From positions 1-63,039 of the IMG/VR virus record IMGVR_UViG_3300033145_002283: a stretch of 63,039 nt of DNA; one strand, given 5' to 3'. The notes beneath the pieces were generated by a model. The model searched no databases and was not told the origin of the DNA. It saw nothing but the letters and a program-made list of their open reading frames with translations. Of this stretch, positions 27,813 through 37,493 are shown piece by piece; position 1 is the stretch's first letter; each line of letters starts with the position of its first letter. The stretch comes from a virus (Duplodnaviria > Caudoviricetes). Made by a program: the position numbers and the translations under genes.

Positions 27813-29195
27813 ACGGAGATCAATGAAAACGTGTTGAATCAGCTGATAGCTGCAACATCAGCGATGGTTACCAGAGCAGAGCTTGCAGCCAAACTGGGCA
27901 AGTCGTTTGATGGTGATCGGGATTTGTATGAGGCCCTTGGGTACAAGGTGAGCCCGGACTTCAACGATTTTATGGCCCGGTATACCCGCCAGGATATTGC
28001 CAAGGCGGTGATTGATAAACCGGTTAACGCCTCCTGGCGGCTGAAGCCGGTTATCACGGAATCAGACGATGCAGAAAGCACCCCGTTTGAAAAAGCATGG
28101 AATGATCTGGTCAAAGACAGAAAGGTTTTTCACTATCTCCGTAGGGTTGACCGATTGTCCAGAATAGGCCAGTACGGTGTTTTGATGATGGGGTTCGATG
28201 ACGTTGAGGACACCAGTGATTTCAAGCTGCCAGTTGAGGGTGAACGAAGATTGTTATACCTGCGGCCATATACGCAAGGTAATGCAGTGGTCGAAAGCCG
28301 GGTGATTGATAAATCAGATGAACGGTATGGTCTCCCGGAAACGTATAAAATCACAACTAAAAATCTGGGAACATTATCTGGTTCTGGCACCTCAAATATA
28401 ATCGTCCATCATACCAGGGTATTGCATATTGCCGAGGACCTGGTCGAAGACGATGAGAGCGCCGAACCGGCGTTAAAGGTCATTCTCAACAGACTGCATG
28501 ATCTGGAGCTATTGTCGGGCGGCAGTGCTGAAATGTTCTGGCGTGGTGCTTTTCCGGGCATGGCTTTCATGATGGACAAAGATGCAAACCCGGCCGCTCA
28601 GACATTGGCCGATATAAAAGACAATATTGAAGATTATGTTCATAAACTCCAGAGGTCATTGAGGTTGCAAGGTATTGATGTTAAGCAATTGGCCCCTGCT
28701 GTAGCAGACCCGTCCAACCATATTGATGTACAATTAACATTGATATCAGCGGCGACCGGGATCCCCAAACGGATATTGCTGGGATCAGAACGTGGGGAAT
28801 TGGCATCCAGCCAGGATGAACGTAATTGGAACATGCGGGTTGATGAACGTAGATCTGATTATGTTGAGCCCATGATTTTACGGCCGTTCATAGACCGAAT
28901 GATTGAATACGGGGTATTGCCGGAGCCCGCTGACGGATATGATGTTGAATGGCCTGAACTGTCCAGCCCGACTGAAAAAGAGAAAGCCGAGGTTTCCAAA
29001 CAGAAAACCGATACATTGGTTGCATACAGTAATAGTGCAAATGCCCAGCTGATTATCCCCCAGGATGTATACCTGAGAAAAATTATGGGTTTTGACCAGG
29101 AAGAAATGGCAGCCATTGAGGAAATTCAGGGCGAAATAGAGAAACAGTTAACAACCGAACCGGGCATGACCCCGGGCCAGGGGGCTGAGGAATAA
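27810..29195 (+). CDS. Portal protein (DUF1073-like)
   Basis: Position; DLYEALGY, HHTRVLH, ATGIPKRILLGSERGELAS. Confidence 0.88.
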   Translation: MTEINENVLNQLIAATSAMVTRAELAAKLGKSFDGDRDLYEALGYKVSPDFNDFMARYTRQDIAKAVIDKPVNASWRLKPVITESDDAESTPFEKAWNDLVKDRKVFHYLRRVDRLSRIGQYGVLMMGFDDVEDTSDFKLPVEGERRLLYLRPYTQGNAVVESRVIDKSDERYGLPETYKITTKNLGTLSGSGTSNIIVHHTRVLHIAEDLVEDDESAEPALKVILNRLHDLELLSGGSAEMFWRGAFPGMAFMMDKDANPAAQTLADIKDNIEDYVHKLQRSLRLQGIDVKQLAPAVADPSNHIDVQLTLISAATGIPKRILLGSERGELASSQDERNWNMRVDERRSDYVEPMILRPFIDRMIEYGVLPEPADGYDVEWPELSSPTEKEKAEVSKQKTDTLVAYSNSANAQLIIPQDVYLRKIMGFDQEEMAAIEEIQGEIEKQLTTEPGMTPGQGAEE

Positions 29196-31054
29196 TGGCA
29201 AAGGGCGCACTCATAGCGGTTGCAAACATGACCATGCGGGATAAAGACCCCACCATGACCCTGACGTTACGGGCAAAATTTGTGGCTCAGATGAATAAAC
29301 GGTTCCGGGCGCTCAAAGGAGCAATAAACAAGTCTATTATTGATAACGATTGTTTCGCTATTAAGAAAACTGTTGCAAATGTTGCATTGACTCCGCTTGG
29401 GGCAAAGACGTTCCAGTACACTAAAGACCCGGAAAAGATTAAGGGGTTCATGACGTGGCTGAAGGGCGAAGAAGAAAAAGGCATATTGGAGATTTCCATG
29501 GTGCCGTCTATGATGGGGCCTACCGGCGTGCCCTGGACCAATGTTTATATCCAGTCCGCATATCAGAAAGGTATAGCGCAGGCCCGGATTGATATGAAAC
29601 AGGGTGGGGCACCAATTGATACGTATACCGATCAGACCCTTAACATGGCATTTTATCAGCCGTTCCATGCTGACAGGGTGGCGCTGATTTATACCCGGGC
29701 ATATAATGAGCTGAAAGGTGTAACCGAAGCCATGAACCAGCAGATCAGCCGGGAGCTGGCATTGGGGATGGCCCGGGGTGATGGCCCGTACAGAATAGCC
29801 CAACTGTTGAACGACCGTGTTGATAAAATAGGGATTGTACGTGCAAGGTTGATCGCTCGCACAGAAACAGTCCATGCCCTGAACGAAGCAGCCTTGAATG
29901 AATATGAGCTGTTGGAAAACATGGTTGGTGAAACGGTAAAGGTAAAGTGGTGGACGGCCCTTGATGAACGGGTTAGATCTCAACATGCAGCGTGGCATGG
30001 AAAAGTGATGACCCGAAAGGTCGGCCGGGCAAGAATAGGTGCTCCTAATTGCCGTTGCGCTCTGCGCCCGTGGCTGGATAGTTGGGACGAAGAAGAGCAG
30101 GAGCTTGCAGGTATTACAGGTCCAAAGCCAATGTCGTCCATTGGCCGTTTTGGTAAATGCCTTGTTTCCAGAATTGCTAATATTTTCAATCGTAAAACAG
30201 CAGTAAAACCGCAGGCATGTAGGGATTATGTGCGGGATAAAAAAGGTAATTGGTATCTGAATGGAGAAAAGGTTAAAGGGGATGCTTTTGACAGGCTTAA
30301 AAAAATGAGGATCCCGCCTGCATGGAAAAACGTTGTCGTGGCGGTTGATACTTCAATGGATATACAGGCCATTGGGCGGGACGCCGCAGGGCGATGGCAA
30401 TATCGGTATTCCGCCGAGCATGTTGCCAAAAAGGCAAGAGAGAAATTCGACCGCTTGAAATCCTTTACCCGGAATATGCCTTCAATGCGACGTAAAATAG
30501 CGGATGATATGGCGGCCGGGGACGATAGGGCAATGTTGTTGCATCTTGAGGACAAGACCGCTATCAGGGCAGGATCGAAAACAGATTTCAAGGCCAAGAA
30601 AAAAGCGTATGGGCTGACGACATTGAAAAGCAGGCATGTATCCGTATCTGGCGATAAGATAACTCTGGATTTCACAGCCAAGGAAGGAATAGCAGCTCAT
30701 TATGAACTTGAAGATGACGTTTTGGCTGAATGGCTGACTGAAAGAAAAGCGTCCGTGGGTATTGACGATGATTTGTTCCCGGATTTGAGCGCACAGAAAA
30801 TGAACAAATACATCAAAGAACTATCCAATGGTGAAAAGTTTACTCTTAAGGATTTCCGAACATACCATGGGACACGGATTGCATATGATGAGATAAAACA
30901 ATATGCCGGAATGGAATTGGACACCAAGAAGAAAAAAGAAATACTTCAGGAGGTGTCCAAAAAAGCAAGCGACTTCTTGCACAATACCCCAACCATGGCG
31001 AGGAACAGCTATATTGATCCGATGGTCTGGGAGTTTATAGGTGGAATAAGATGA
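29195..31054 (+). CDS. MuF/SPP1 gp7-like minor head protein fused to DNA topoisomerase IB
   Basis: RARLIARTET, DERVR..H, PNCRC; then IPPAWKNV, GRDAAGRWQYRY, IRAG, YGLTTL, KDFRTY, LHNTP, SYIDP. Confidence 0.92.
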   Translation: MAKGALIAVANMTMRDKDPTMTLTLRAKFVAQMNKRFRALKGAINKSIIDNDCFAIKKTVANVALTPLGAKTFQYTKDPEKIKGFMTWLKGEEEKGILEISMVPSMMGPTGVPWTNVYIQSAYQKGIAQARIDMKQGGAPIDTYTDQTLNMAFYQPFHADRVALIYTRAYNELKGVTEAMNQQISRELALGMARGDGPYRIAQLLNDRVDKIGIVRARLIARTETVHALNEAALNEYELLENMVGETVKVKWWTALDERVRSQHAAWHGKVMTRKVGRARIGAPNCRCALRPWLDSWDEEEQELAGITGPKPMSSIGRFGKCLVSRIANIFNRKTAVKPQACRDYVRDKKGNWYLNGEKVKGDAFDRLKKMRIPPAWKNVVVAVDTSMDIQAIGRDAAGRWQYRYSAEHVAKKAREKFDRLKSFTRNMPSMRRKIADDMAAGDDRAMLLHLEDKTAIRAGSKTDFKAKKKAYGLTTLKSRHVSVSGDKITLDFTAKEGIAAHYELEDDVLAEWLTERKASVGIDDDLFPDLSAQKMNKYIKELSNGEKFTLKDFRTYHGTRIAYDEIKQYAGMELDTKKKKEILQEVSKKASDFLHNTPTMARNSYIDPMVWEFIGGIR

Positions 31055-31185
31055 TATACGACATTGATAAAAAAAGTGAAACCGAATTTAATGAATGGTT
31101 GGAATCCATCAGCTTTGTGGACAGTGATGGATCTGTTTTACCAGTTAAAAATCACCCTGATCCTGATCCTGATCCCGGTGATTAA
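31051..31185 (+). CDS. Small acidic 44-aa protein
   Basis: ATGA overlap with the MuF-TopIB stop; MIYDIDKKSETEFNEWLESISFVDSDGSVLPVKNHPDPDPDPGD. Confidence 0.55.
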   Translation: MIYDIDKKSETEFNEWLESISFVDSDGSVLPVKNHPDPDPDPGD

Positions 31186-31200
31186 AACAACGGAGGGAAT

Positions 31201-32673
31201 ATGCGAGTTGTAAATCAAATACTGGCTAATTACCAGACGCAGGAAAGGACATTTGAGGGCCGGGAATACCTGGTGGCCCCAGTGGTGATGCTGAAAGAAG
31301 GAGTGCATAACGGCTCCGCCGGGCCGCTGTATTACCCGCCTGATGTCATCAAGAATTCGGCAGACAGGTGGGAGAACGTTCCAGTCACGATCCCGCACCC
31401 GGAAAATGATGGGGAATTGATTTCTGTATCTGACCCGGGCGGTGACCGTTTTATTGCCGGGCATGTTCGGAACGTCCAAACTCAGGATGATGAGCTGAAA
31501 GCTCAGGTATGGCTGGATATTGACCGTACTAACCAGATCAATCCTGCTGTTATCCCCGCAATTCGCAATCATAATCCGGTTGAGGTTTCCACAGGGCTGG
31601 GAGGGGCGTTTGAGCCGGAGCAGGGGACCTGGAACAATGAAACATATGATGCCATGGTGAAAGATATCGCCCCTGATCATCTGGCCCTGCTGCCGGGCGC
31701 CGTTGGCGCATGCAGCTGGGACGATGGTTGCGGTATCAGAAATGAAGAGAAAGGAGGGTTTGTGAAAAATATAAAAGACCGTATTCTGAATCAGTTTGGT
31801 GTGATACTTGAAAAGCTGGGGCTGACGGATATTGACAACAGTGCCAGTTTTGGGGATATTCAGACAGCGCTTCAGTTGTTGGTTGATGCTCTGGATAATG
31901 ACACGTATTACCATTATATCAACGATGTGTACGACGATTACTTTATTTACCGGGCAATGCCGAGGGAGAGGGAAGAGCGGGGGATTGGATCAAATGCCGT
32001 GTCTACCCTTTATAAACAAGGCTATTCCAAGATCGACGACAAGGTTGAGTTTGTAGGCGAGCCCGTGGAAGTTATAATGACCAAGGAATACAAACCAGTT
32101 GCAAATGACAATAGTGGACAAAAAATTAAAAACAAACAGGAGGACAAGAAAATGGCATGTTGCGAAGAAAGAGTTGAGGCATTGATCAAGAATGAGAAAA
32201 CCACCTTCACTGAGGATGATAAGGAATGGCTGAACAATCTTGATCAGGAACAGTACGAGCGGGTGGAGACAACGGCCCTGCGGTTTCATGAGGTTGATAA
32301 CAAAGTGGATGAGCCTGAAAAAAAGGAGACTGTTGACAATCAGGATCCGGCCACAGAGGACAAAAAACCCATTACTACGGAGGATTACATCAAACAGGCT
32401 CCGCCTGAAATTCAGAGCGTTCTGAATGAGAGCCTGGCTCTCCACAACCAGAAACGGCAGACCCTGATTGAAGGGCTGATGGCGAATGAAAGGAATAAAT
32501 TCACCAAGGAACAGCTTGAGGAGATGGACACCATCCAGCTGGAACAGATCGCGGCCCTGGCGGATATTCCCGTCAAGGCAAATTATGCGGCCAACTCCGG
32601 TGGCAAGGTTGATGGCAACGGGGCGGGTGAGCCGCTTGTACCGCCCAGGATAGAACCGGCGAAATCAAAATAA
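31201..32673 (+). CDS. Prohead protease/scaffold (DUF2213-like)
   Basis: PVTIPHP, EVSTG, PDHLALL..GACS..DGCG; acidic scaffold-like C-terminus. Confidence 0.85.
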   Translation: MRVVNQILANYQTQERTFEGREYLVAPVVMLKEGVHNGSAGPLYYPPDVIKNSADRWENVPVTIPHPENDGELISVSDPGGDRFIAGHVRNVQTQDDELKAQVWLDIDRTNQINPAVIPAIRNHNPVEVSTGLGGAFEPEQGTWNNETYDAMVKDIAPDHLALLPGAVGACSWDDGCGIRNEEKGGFVKNIKDRILNQFGVILEKLGLTDIDNSASFGDIQTALQLLVDALDNDTYYHYINDVYDDYFIYRAMPREREERGIGSNAVSTLYKQGYSKIDDKVEFVGEPVEVIMTKEYKPVANDNSGQKIKNKQEDKKMACCEERVEALIKNEKTTFTEDDKEWLNNLDQEQYERVETTALRFHEVDNKVDEPEKKETVDNQDPATEDKKPITTEDYIKQAPPEIQSVLNESLALHNQKRQTLIEGLMANERNKFTKEQLEEMDTIQLEQIAALADIPVKANYAANSGGKVDGNGAGEPLVPPRIEPAKSK

Positions 32674-32675
32674 AG

Positions 32676-32777
32676 CATCGTTTTTTGATGGGGCCGGGTA
32701 ATAAACTTATATCCTTATACCCTTTTTAAATTTTACCCCGTAAAAAAACGATGTAAGGGTGTAAGAACGGTTATGGT
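32676..32777. repeat. Structured intergenic repeat, family B (antisense to local genes)
   Basis: TTATACCCTTTTTAAATTTTACCCC core; CATCGTTTTTT...AAAAAACGATG stem. Confidence 0.7.
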
Positions 32778-32820
32778 TATATGATAGATAAACTGTAAAT
32801 TATAACAGGAGGAATGAAAA

Positions 32821-33288
32821 ATGAGTGAGAATGCAAGAAATACGATTACAATCAAAGGAACCCCTGTGTTTGGGGAGGCTCTGGCTTCTGGCACAATCAA
32901 GCCTGGTTATCTGCTTGAACGTACCAGCGCTGCAACCGATACGGTACAGGCGCATGCCACTGCTGGTGGAAGGGCTCTGGCCATGTTTGCCTTGGAGGAT
33001 GATCTCCAGGGTAATGACATTGATGATAACTACAGCAGCGGGGACCTGACCCAGTTCGGCATTTTCAGGGCAGGTGATGAGGTGCTGGCGTGGATTGCGA
33101 ACGGTGAGGCGATTGCCAAAGCGGATGCGCTTGTATCCAATGGGGATGGGACTCTGAAAGAAGCCAGCCCGGATTCATCTGGAACTATTATTGAGGAGTT
33201 TGTACTGGCCTATGCCCGTGAGGCTTGTGATATGTCAAGCTCCAGCTCTGTTGATCCGTCCGGTCGTTGTATTGTGGAAATCATATAA
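32821..33288 (+). CDS. Head decoration/cement protein
   Basis: Between protease and MCP; GD.LVSNGDGTL motif. Confidence 0.75.
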   Translation: MSENARNTITIKGTPVFGEALASGTIKPGYLLERTSAATDTVQAHATAGGRALAMFALEDDLQGNDIDDNYSSGDLTQFGIFRAGDEVLAWIANGEAIAKADALVSNGDGTLKEASPDSSGTIIEEFVLAYAREACDMSSSSSVDPSGRCIVEII

Positions 33289-33346
33289 TCCAGGGATGTT
33301 GACCGGGTTATATCAAAAATGTAAATTATAACAGGAGGAATGAAAA

Positions 33347-34405
33347 ATGAGTGAAATGAATGTTGATTTTATTGCAAATGGTGAGGCGATTGGCAATACA
33401 GCACAGCGCCTGCTGGCGAACGGGATGGACCCCATGGCCCTGCGGCCCTATATCGGCAATGATGGCAAGCCGTACATGACCAAGATGATCGGCAACAAGG
33501 CCGTGGCTGTACCGGTTTCGAACGCTACCTTGCAGAAGGATGAATGGCTCCAGTTTGACGAGGCTGTTCTGAAAGCATATCAGAACCGGCTTGTTGGGGT
33601 GAAAGATCTTTATGATCGTAATCTGGTTTATCGGATTGGTAATGGGCTTGGCACCACTGTGCTTGAGTACCAGACCATGACTGATATCCAAGGGGCGCAG
33701 GTGAGCATGGACGCAGCTACCCGGGGAAGGAAAGACCGGCCTGAGTTCGACAGTGCGTATTTACCCCTGCCCATTGTTCATATGGATTTTTCTTTCAACA
33801 TACGTCAGCTGACGGCTTCCAGATCCAAGGGATCTCCGCTGGATACGACCATGGCTGAGCAGTGTGCTCGGAAATGTGCGGAAAAGGTTGAGGAACATCT
33901 TTTTAATGGGGCTGACGCGTATTCGTTTGGTGGTGGTACCATTCGTGGCTATCTCGATCATGCCAGCCGTAATACCGGATCGCTGAACCCGGCATGGACC
34001 GGCTCTGCTGCTACTGGCGCGACCATTGTTGATGACGTGAGGGCAATGAAACAGGCTGCCATCAATGACCGTGCTTTTGGGCCGTATGTTCTGTATGTAC
34101 CCACGGCATATGAGACCGTTCTGGATGATGATTATGTTTCCGGTTATCCTAAGACTATCCGCACCCGGATTCTTGAGATCTCCGGAATCGAGGATGTCAA
34201 GGTTTCTGATACCCTGACCGCTGCAAATGTGGTTCTGGTGCAGATGACCTCTGATGTTATCCGAATGGTTGAAGGGCTGGGAATCACGGTTGTTGAGTGG
34301 AGCACGGAAGGTGGCATGGTTCTGAATTACAAGGTCATGGTCATCCAGGTCCCGCAGGTACGGGCTGATTCCGAAGGCCGTTCCGGCATTCAGCATTGGT
34401 CTTAA
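33347..34405 (+). CDS. Major capsid protein (HK97 fold, encapsulin/Linocin-like group)
   Basis: ATLQKDEW..D, PLPIVH.DF...RQL.ASR, GPYVLYVP; strong RBS. Confidence 0.88.
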   Translation: MSEMNVDFIANGEAIGNTAQRLLANGMDPMALRPYIGNDGKPYMTKMIGNKAVAVPVSNATLQKDEWLQFDEAVLKAYQNRLVGVKDLYDRNLVYRIGNGLGTTVLEYQTMTDIQGAQVSMDAATRGRKDRPEFDSAYLPLPIVHMDFSFNIRQLTASRSKGSPLDTTMAEQCARKCAEKVEEHLFNGADAYSFGGGTIRGYLDHASRNTGSLNPAWTGSAATGATIVDDVRAMKQAAINDRAFGPYVLYVPTAYETVLDDDYVSGYPKTIRTRILEISGIEDVKVSDTLTAANVVLVQMTSDVIRMVEGLGITVVEWSTEGGMVLNYKVMVIQVPQVRADSEGRSGIQHWS

Positions 34406-34455
34406 TCAATAATTTTTGGGATTAACCATATCTCAAAAACGGCAAAGGAGGAATT

Positions 34456-34812
34456 ATGAAGAGGTACAGACTCAAAGAAGGATGTGGGTCACATTATACA
34501 AGGGACGGCAGACGGCTGGAGGCCGGTGATTATATCGAGGTTAATGGGGATTGGGAGCTGGGCAGCGCCATTGATAAATTTGAAGAGGTTGTTTCCCGGC
34601 GCAGATCAAAGGCGCCCGAGCCGGTCAAAGCCAAGGTTGCAGAACCTGAACCAGATAAAGAACCTGAACCGGAAGACAAACAGGACGAAGCGGAACTCCA
34701 AATGGTTCATCATGGTGGTGGCCGTTACAATGTTGTCAATTCTGTGACGGATGAAATTATTAATGACGGCTGGTTGACCAAGGAAGAAGCAGAAGCATTG
34801 GTGAATGGATAA
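34456..34812 (+). CDS. Hypothetical head-associated protein
   Basis: Follows MCP; PE-rich linker; HHGGGRYNV. Confidence 0.7.
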   Translation: MKRYRLKEGCGSHYTRDGRRLEAGDYIEVNGDWELGSAIDKFEEVVSRRRSKAPEPVKAKVAEPEPDKEPEPEDKQDEAELQMVHHGGGRYNVVNSVTDEIINDGWLTKEEAEALVNG

Positions 34813-35444
34813 TGGGCTGGATCGCACCTAAAATATGGCCCGGCAGAACCGCCTATATTTTAGGCGGTGGGCCAAGCCTGAACGATGTTGATTTGAATCT
34901 GCTGAAAGGCAAAAAGATGATTGGTGTTAATAACTCCAGTTTTCTGTTGCCGGAAATCAATGTCTGCTATTTTGGAGATTATAAGTGGGTCATGCGGTAC
35001 CGGGAGCGGCTTGAGAGATTTGGAGGCCTGATTCTTACCAGCTGTTATGAGAAATGGTTTAAACGGGATTCATGGTTGGCTGGGCATGTTAAAAAATTAA
35101 CCCGGGGCAAGCCAAAGGGCATTGAAATCGAACCGGGGGTTATTGCGTGGAACAAATGCTCAGGGCTGTCGGCGATAAACCTTGCACACCATTTTGGATG
35201 TTCCAAGGTTGTGTTGCTCGGTTTTGATATGCGGGTTGTGGGAGGTAAGAAAAATTTCCATGATGAGTATATTGGTTGGGAGAATACCCCGCATGATATT
35301 TACGAAAAGTATCTGCAGTGCATCCCATATATTGCTCGGGATGCTGAGAAAATAGGGTTAGAAATTTACAATGCAACGCCTGACAGTGCAATAACTGAAT
35401 TTAAACAAATAACCATTGAGGAGACGGTGTCATGGCAAAATTGA
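34812..35444 (+). CDS. Maf/DUF115 (CST-like) putative glycosyltransferase
   Basis: ILGGGPSL, IGVN, SG..AINLA...G...VVLLGFDM. Confidence 0.7.
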   Translation: MGWIAPKIWPGRTAYILGGGPSLNDVDLNLLKGKKMIGVNNSSFLLPEINVCYFGDYKWVMRYRERLERFGGLILTSCYEKWFKRDSWLAGHVKKLTRGKPKGIEIEPGVIAWNKCSGLSAINLAHHFGCSKVVLLGFDMRVVGGKKNFHDEYIGWENTPHDIYEKYLQCIPYIARDAEKIGLEIYNATPDSAITEFKQITIEETVSWQN

Positions 35445-36007
35445 AAGCAAATATGAAGGTTAATTTCAACCAGCAATACATTGATCCGTCAGTAAAAGTA
35501 ATGCCCGGGGCCAGAATCGGTATTGGGGTGTATATTGATGAAAATGTGATAATTGGGGAAGACGTTTTTATCGGTCATAATACGGTCATTAGATCCGGTG
35601 TGAGGATTGGTGACGGAACTGTGATCGGCCATCTATGCGTAATTGAACGGGACACAGTAATTGGAGAAAAGACAACAATACAGTCCAACTCTCATATTAC
35701 GGCCGAGGCCCGGATTGGGGATAAATGCTATTTCGGCCCGGGCGTGGTTATGATTAATGAAGGCCGGATTACCGCAATGCGGGATTCGATGCTACAGAAT
35801 CTTCAAGGCCCGGTGATTGGAAATGGTTGCCGGATTGGGGCGAGAGCATTAATCATGCCCGGGGTTAGGATCGGCCATAACGCCGAAATCGGCGCAGGGG
35901 CTATAATCACAACTGGTCGGGTAATTGGGGATAACGAAGTTTGGTATAATCCTGAAACCCAGGCTGCTTTTCAAGGCCATGTACCGGAGGAACAATGGAT
36001 AAAATGA
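35432..36007 (+). CDS. Left-handed beta-helix acyltransferase
   Basis: Many hexapeptide repeats (V.IG...IG); IGNGCRIGARALIMPGVRIG. Confidence 0.85.
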   Translation: MAKLKANMKVNFNQQYIDPSVKVMPGARIGIGVYIDENVIIGEDVFIGHNTVIRSGVRIGDGTVIGHLCVIERDTVIGEKTTIQSNSHITAEARIGDKCYFGPGVVMINEGRITAMRDSMLQNLQGPVIGNGCRIGARALIMPGVRIGHNAEIGAGAIITTGRVIGDNEVWYNPETQAAFQGHVPEEQWIK

Positions 36008-36648
36008 TAAAATTCGTTGTCGTTCTTAATTCCGGCGGTGATTATACCTCTGATGACGTGATAACATTAGCCAGGCAGGTTGGGAGGAATTTGCATTGTC
36101 CTTATGTGTTCTTCTGCCTAACTGATGTCAGGATAAATCACGGAATGGTCATAGATATTCCGCTTGAGACTCCTGAATGGAAGCCTAAATGGTGGTCGGT
36201 TCAGGAAATGTTCAGGATTCAAGGGCCGGTGCTCGCCACTGGGCTGGATACGGTTATAGTAGGGGATATTACCCCCATGGCTGAAGAGGTTTTGAAACTG
36301 AATACAAATCAATTCCTGCTTATGCAGCCATTCAGAAAAACAGCTCCTTGGCCTTGGATCAATGGGTTCATGGGTTGGAATGGTGATTTTGGTTGGATTT
36401 ATGATGAGTTTAAAAAAGATCCTGAAAAATATATCAGCCAATTCCGTTCTGAAATGCTGTATACTCAGAACAGGTTGATGTCACATGGATATGAAATATT
36501 GGCATGGCAGGACAAGGTGAACGGGTTGTACAGTTATAAATGGCAGTGCAAACCAAAACCGCCTGAAGACATCAGAGTGGCAATATTTCATGGACAGCCA
36601 AGACCTGGGGACGTGAACGATAAATGGATAAAGGATGCCAGGCTATGA
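35995..36648 (+). CDS. GT-A fold glycosyltransferase-like protein
   Basis: SGGDY, F.CLTD, WWS, GLDTVIVGDI (DxD variant), FHGQPRP. Confidence 0.7.
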   Translation: MDKMIKFVVVLNSGGDYTSDDVITLARQVGRNLHCPYVFFCLTDVRINHGMVIDIPLETPEWKPKWWSVQEMFRIQGPVLATGLDTVIVGDITPMAEEVLKLNTNQFLLMQPFRKTAPWPWINGFMGWNGDFGWIYDEFKKDPEKYISQFRSEMLYTQNRLMSHGYEILAWQDKVNGLYSYKWQCKPKPPEDIRVAIFHGQPRPGDVNDKWIKDARL

Positions 36649-37316
36649 TCGAACCGATCCTTATAACGGGCTGTGCCCGGTCCGGGACATCAATGACGGC
36701 CGGGATAATTAATCAGGCAGGTGCCTGGGGCGGGGATATGTACCCGGCGCAGAAGGAGAATAAGAAAGGGATGTTTGAGAATATTACCTTTCGGGACCGG
36801 CTCGTAAAACCGTTTATCAAGTCAATTGGTGCCGACCCCATGGCGCAGAATCCTTTGCCTGATATTGACTCTTGTAAATTGGTGTCTGAACAGGCCGTTG
36901 ATAACTGGCGGCAGATTGTGCTTCATGAAATCAGGCATCAGGGTTACAAATCCGGCCCGTGGTTTTACAAAGATCCCAAGATGTGCATAATCTGGCCGGT
37001 TTGGGCGAGGGCCTTCCCGAACGCCAGATGGATTATTGTCCGGCGGGCAAGCGGGGATATTGTCAGGTCATGTCTGAAAACCAGATTTATGAGGGCTTAT
37101 GCTGATGAAATTGGATGGCTGAAATGGGTGGATCATCATAAAGAGTGCTTTTTGCAGATGTCCCATGCAGGCTTAAATATACAATATGCCTGGCCTCAGG
37201 AATGGATTGACCGGGATTATACCGGTATCAGAGCTATATTGATAAGACTGGGGCTTGAGTATGATAAGAATAAAATTGAATCGTTTATTGAACCGGCTCT
37301 TTGGTCGAATAAATAG
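36624..37316 (+). CDS. PAPS-dependent sulfotransferase (likely start 36645)
   Basis: ITGCARSGTS 5'-PSB loop, KDP, IIVRR...IVRS 3'-PB motif. Confidence 0.82.
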   Translation: MDKGCQAMIEPILITGCARSGTSMTAGIINQAGAWGGDMYPAQKENKKGMFENITFRDRLVKPFIKSIGADPMAQNPLPDIDSCKLVSEQAVDNWRQIVLHEIRHQGYKSGPWFYKDPKMCIIWPVWARAFPNARWIIVRRASGDIVRSCLKTRFMRAYADEIGWLKWVDHHKECFLQMSHAGLNIQYAWPQEWIDRDYTGIRAILIRLGLEYDKNKIESFIEPALWSNK

Positions 37317-37493
37317 TTAATAAAATCAATAGGTTATAAAACATGATTTCAACAAAATACATGAATATTGATAACTACTTGATTTTATTATAAAAACATG
37401 TCTTTAAATTTAAACGATCTTTGTATGATGTATATAATTGTATTGATCAAAAATTATCGTTTAAATATGGGCGAATAAGAAGGTCAAAAAATG
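37308..37493 (+). repeat. Family A repeat, copy 2 (before head-tail connector)
   Basis: Near-identical to 27626-27812. Confidence 0.93.

Noticed and set aside
27810-29195. Anti-CBASS Acb1 label sometimes attached to DUF1073 proteins
   Set aside because: No paired HxT/S 2H-phosphoesterase motifs recognised; size and position indicate portal
30200-31054. Tyrosine integrase, IntI or protelomerase
   Set aside because: Motifs (IPPAW, GR.QYRY, KDFRT, SYIDP) are diagnostic of TopIB; no IntI-specific features, so it does not explain the attC sites
33347-34405. Bacteriocin or encapsulin nanocompartment
   Set aside because: Context (protease, decoration, neck genes) shows it is the phage major capsid protein
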